Part shown: positions 61,056-64,000 of the stretch, one piece after another
How the letters are laid out: each line of letters starts with the position of its first letter
Numbering within the stretch: the stretch's first letter is position 1
Origin: an uncultured bacterium
GTDB lineage: Bacteria > Auribacterota > Erginobacteria > Erginobacterales > Erginobacteraceae
Direction of reading: 5' to 3'
Assembly: GCA_963822585.1 (NCBI GenBank)
Contig: CAWGIE010000007.1
Location: forward strand, 1 to 64,000
Length of the DNA: 64,000 nucleotides
Program-made: the position numbers and the translations under genes
The notes under the pieces: generated by a model
Database searches by the model: none
What the model was told of the DNA's origin: nothing
Seen by the model: only the letters and a program-made list of their open reading frames with translations

Positions 61056-61112
61056 GTAATCCTAAGCCATTGGCCACATCAATCATTACACTTTACACTT
61101 TTAACTTTACAC

Positions 61113-62150
61113 TCAGGAAGATTTTAGCCTCGCTAAAATCTTCCTGATATCGATCTTCCCCATGCAGGCCTCGAAACAGCGGCCGCAGCCCGTGCAGGCG
61201 ATCACGCCGGCTACGTCCGGAAAAAACTGGAATTTCTTGGAAAAACGGTTACTGAGCCGTTCCGATCGTTTCGGGCGCGGGTTGGCGCCCCCGGCCACCC
61301 GGGGGAAGCCCGGGTACTGGCAAGAGTCCCAGTTCCGGTACTTGAGCGACCCTCCGGCGGCGCCCACCTCTTCCAGGATGAAACAGTGACAGGTGGGGCA
61401 GACCAGGTTGCAGGCCCCGCATTCGACACAGGGGAGCGCCTCCTCCTGCCAGAGCGGGTCGGCGCTTTTGGTCCGGACCTCATCCGCGGAGGGGGCTTTC
61501 TCGATCTGGCCCTGTTCGGAGAGCTGTTTTTTTAAATCCGAGAGAACCTTCGCCCGGTGTCTGTCCCTATCCTGCAGCTCTTCGGGCGTCGCCGGACGGA
61601 AAGCGTCCCCCCCTTCTCCGATCAGCTTTTCGCCCCGTTCGCTTCCGGCCTCGACCAGGTATCCGTCGGCCAGTTCCGTCAGGTTGAGATCGAATCCTTC
61701 CCGGGGAAAGGGCTCCCTCCCCACGACCGGGCAGAAGCAGACCTCCTTGAATCCGGTACAGTCACCCGAAACGAGGATCGTCTTCTCCCTCATCTCCCTG
61801 TAAAACGGGTCGGGACACTCACCTTCCCGGAATATGTAGTCAAGGACCGGGAGGCAGGCCAGATCACAGGCTTTCAATCCGAAGACGATCCGTTCCCGCC
61901 CGGATCCGTACTTATCAATCTTGGCGGGAAGGCTGGCCACGACCACCCGTTCCGGAAAGAGAAAATTTTTCAGTGATTCCACCGCGCGGTAGGGGGAAAT
62001 AGCGGCGGCATCTTCGCTCTCCCCATCCCACTTGACAAACCGCCAGTCGCCGTTGATCTGACGGGGGTAATAAAGATCGCGATCCCGGGCCAACCCGGTC
62101 AGAAAGCCGGGGAAAGCCTCCCGGGAAAGAAAATAGCGTTTCCGTTCCAT
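61113..62150 (-). CDS. 4Fe-4S subunit (HydB/AsrA/Flx-like)
   Basis: KACD, CVECGACNLVCPTCHC, WDSC and CTGCGRCFEAC. Confidence 0.88.
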   Translation of the reverse strand: MERKRYFLSREAFPGFLTGLARDRDLYYPRQINGDWRFVKWDGESEDAAAISPYRAVESLKNFLFPERVVVASLPAKIDKYGSGRERIVFGLKACDLACLPVLDYIFREGECPDPFYREMREKTILVSGDCTGFKEVCFCPVVGREPFPREGFDLNLTELADGYLVEAGSERGEKLIGEGGDAFRPATPEELQDRDRHRAKVLSDLKKQLSEQGQIEKAPSADEVRTKSADPLWQEEALPCVECGACNLVCPTCHCFILEEVGAAGGSLKYRNWDSCQYPGFPRVAGGANPRPKRSERLSNRFSKKFQFFPDVAGVIACTGCGRCFEACMGKIDIRKILARLKSS

Positions 62151-62435
62151 TAAGTTGATCCCGATTACTGGGCTTTACCCCGCTTTATTTATAAATCGGG
62201 GTAGTTCTGAACCATGACAAAGATTACATAAACAGCCACGAAATAATATCGATCTTATCGAGTTCATCGGCAATACATGACCGCCAAAGGTCTATTTCTA
62301 CCGGCAACGTTAACAGAAAGAATAACACGTTGTCCTTCCGGAGAAGAAAAGAAAGTTACTGTAGTCGTATAAGTAAGATTGCAATCCCCAATACATTGAA
62401 GAAAAATTAGTAATCTGGGTTAACCATGAGAATAT

Positions 62436-63077
62436 TTAATTTTCATGGTTAACCCAGGTTAAACTGTAGGCCAGGCCTTCCAGGCCGATGGCCAGGTCGA
62501 TATTCTCCACCCGGACTTCTTCCGGCACGGCCAGCCCCATGGGGGCGAAATTAAGTATCGCTTTGACCCCCGCTTTCACCAGTTGCTCGGCGGCCTCCTG
62601 GCCGGCGACCGCCGGCACCGCGACGATCCCGATCCGGACTTTCTTCTCCCGGATCACCTCCATTAAATCGGAGGGATCGTTGATTGTCAGTTCGTCCGGA
62701 CCGATGCGGCTGCCGATGCCGGCCCGGTCGAAGACCGCGACGATCTTGAACCCTCTCTTCTCGAACCCCTTATACGCCAAAAGCGAGCGCCCCAGGTTGC
62801 CGGCCCCGACCAGGGCGACGTTATGGATTCGATCGGTCCCCAGAATCCGGATGATGGCCCGGACAAGTTCGCCCACGTCGTATCCCCGGCCCTTGGTGCC
62901 GAACTGGCCGAAGTAGGCCAGGTCCTTCCGCACCTGGTCGGGCTTGACGCCGACCAGCTGACCGATGGACGCGGAAGAGACGGTCGTGACATCCTCCGCC
63001 GTCAGGCCGTTCAAAGCCCGGAGATAGAGGGAGAGACGGTAGACGACGACCCGGGGTATTTTTCCATTTTTGGTCAA
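62436..63077 (-). CDS. rex: Redox-sensing repressor Rex
   Basis: RLSLYLR, QVRKDLAYFGQFGTKGRGY, VGAGNLG and ILNFAP. Confidence 0.95.
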   Translation of the reverse strand: MTKNGKIPRVVVYRLSLYLRALNGLTAEDVTTVSSASIGQLVGVKPDQVRKDLAYFGQFGTKGRGYDVGELVRAIIRILGTDRIHNVALVGAGNLGRSLLAYKGFEKRGFKIVAVFDRAGIGSRIGPDELTINDPSDLMEVIREKKVRIGIVAVPAVAGQEAAEQLVKAGVKAILNFAPMGLAVPEEVRVENIDLAIGLEGLAYSLTWVNHEN

Positions 63078-63090
63078 TTAAATTTTTACT

Positions 63091-63208
63091 TCGTAAAAAT
63101 TTTTACATCCCCCGCCTTCGTCCTTTTCCCGGCGGAGATCGAGCTGAAAGGAGCGACCATAAACCAATCCCGATCCTTCGTCAATAGTTATTGTGATTTT
63201 TTTCACAT
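63091..63208. promoter_or_regulatory. Two Rex-box candidates flanking a possible TTGACG-N17-TATGGT promoter
   Basis: TCGTAAAAATTTTTACAT (63091-63108) and TTGTGATTTTTTTCACAT (63191-63208) versus the consensus TTGTGAANNNNTTCACAA. Confidence 0.7.
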
Positions 63209-63378
63209 AAAAATTTTTCTTTAAGATTTGAGACTTTCATGAAGCGCCGGGACGGTCGACCGGCCGGCAATTTATCCGTTGATTCCGGAGATCTTTTCAT
63301 CTACTATCTATTCTGCCTGGAAATATCACTATTCGGCATTATTCAAAATTAATCGGATGCACCGAAAAGGAGTCCGCC

Positions 63379-64000
63379 ATGAAAAGAAATCTTCTGATCA
63401 TTCTCGCCGGTATCAGCGTTGTACTTTTATTCAGCGCCGGCTGCGCCCATCGGCGCCAGCCGGTCACACCTCCCCCGCCCCCCGAGGAACCGTTGGAGAT
63501 GGACGTGGTGGAGGAAGAAATAATCGTCCCTGCTGAAGGCGTGGAAACCGGAGAAGGCGAGATTGTCCCGGTAACCGAGGAAGCCCCCGCCCCCCTTCCC
63601 GCGAACCTGTCCTGGGAAGATATCAAGCAGCTGGGGACCCCCTACACCATCCAGAAGGGGGACACCCTGAGCGGGATCGCCGCCGCGCACAATGTCGGCA
63701 CGGGCCTCCTGGCCCGGATCAACGATATCAAGAATCCGAACCTGATTCGGATCGGCCAGACACTGACCGTGATCGACGGACCGTTCCGGATCGTCGTGGA
63801 TAAGAGCGACAAAACCCTCGCCGTCTACCTGGGCGACGCCTTTATCCGATCCTACCCCGTGGCTCTGGGGAAGAATAACAGCACCCCGGAGGGGGAATTC
63901 ACGGTCCTGAGAAAACTGGTCGATCCTCCCTGGACCGATCCCTACAACCGGACGATTATCCGGGCCGATAACCCCGAGTACCCGCTGGGGACGCGCTGGA
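63379..64000 (+). CDS. LysM plus L,D-transpeptidase lipoprotein (partial, runs off the window)
   Basis: SAGC lipobox, YTIQKGDTLSGIA LysM, IVVDKS...YPVALG...TPEG...PLGTRW. Confidence 0.88.
   Translation, partial: MKRNLLIILAGISVVLLFSAGCAHRRQPVTPPPPPEEPLEMDVVEEEIIVPAEGVETGEGEIVPVTEEAPAPLPANLSWEDIKQLGTPYTIQKGDTLSGIAAAHNVGTGLLARINDIKNPNLIRIGQTLTVIDGPFRIVVDKSDKTLAVYLGDAFIRSYPVALGKNNSTPEGEFTVLRKLVDPPWTDPYNRTIIRADNPEYPLGTRW

Noticed and set aside
60645..61112. 23S rRNA intervening sequence
   Set aside because: The flanks are protein-coding genes and no rRNA sequence is present.

Overview
GC-rich chromosomal window, probably from an anaerobic bacterium; the taxon cannot be determined from the sequence. 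It holds two hydrogenase operons. One is a soluble group 3b-type NAD(P)-linked NiFe hydrogenase (21025-25273). The other is a Rex-preceded Mrp/Mbh-type group 4 membrane NiFe hydrogenase (48488-63077) that carries its own HydB/HydG-like NAD(P)H module. Also present are a MacAB-like exporter, a BMP-type nucleoside ABC importer, leuA with a Leu-rich attenuator, four toxin-antitoxin loci (one with a nonsense-inactivated HEPN gene), three IS elements with readable ends, and a 5'-truncated group II intron inserted inside a GTAG-type REP doublet. The most unusual signal is intergenic. Many operon junctions carry inverted pairs of 7-, 8- or 9-mer tandem-repeat arms, and one pair encloses a four-helix-bundle gene at a duplicated stop/start overlap. 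Directly after the last gene of each hydrogenase operon is an array where a conserved ~19-nt G-rich motif alternates with arms from different repeat families. No tRNA, rRNA or CRISPR was seen. All family calls come from motif recognition by eye; no database search was run.
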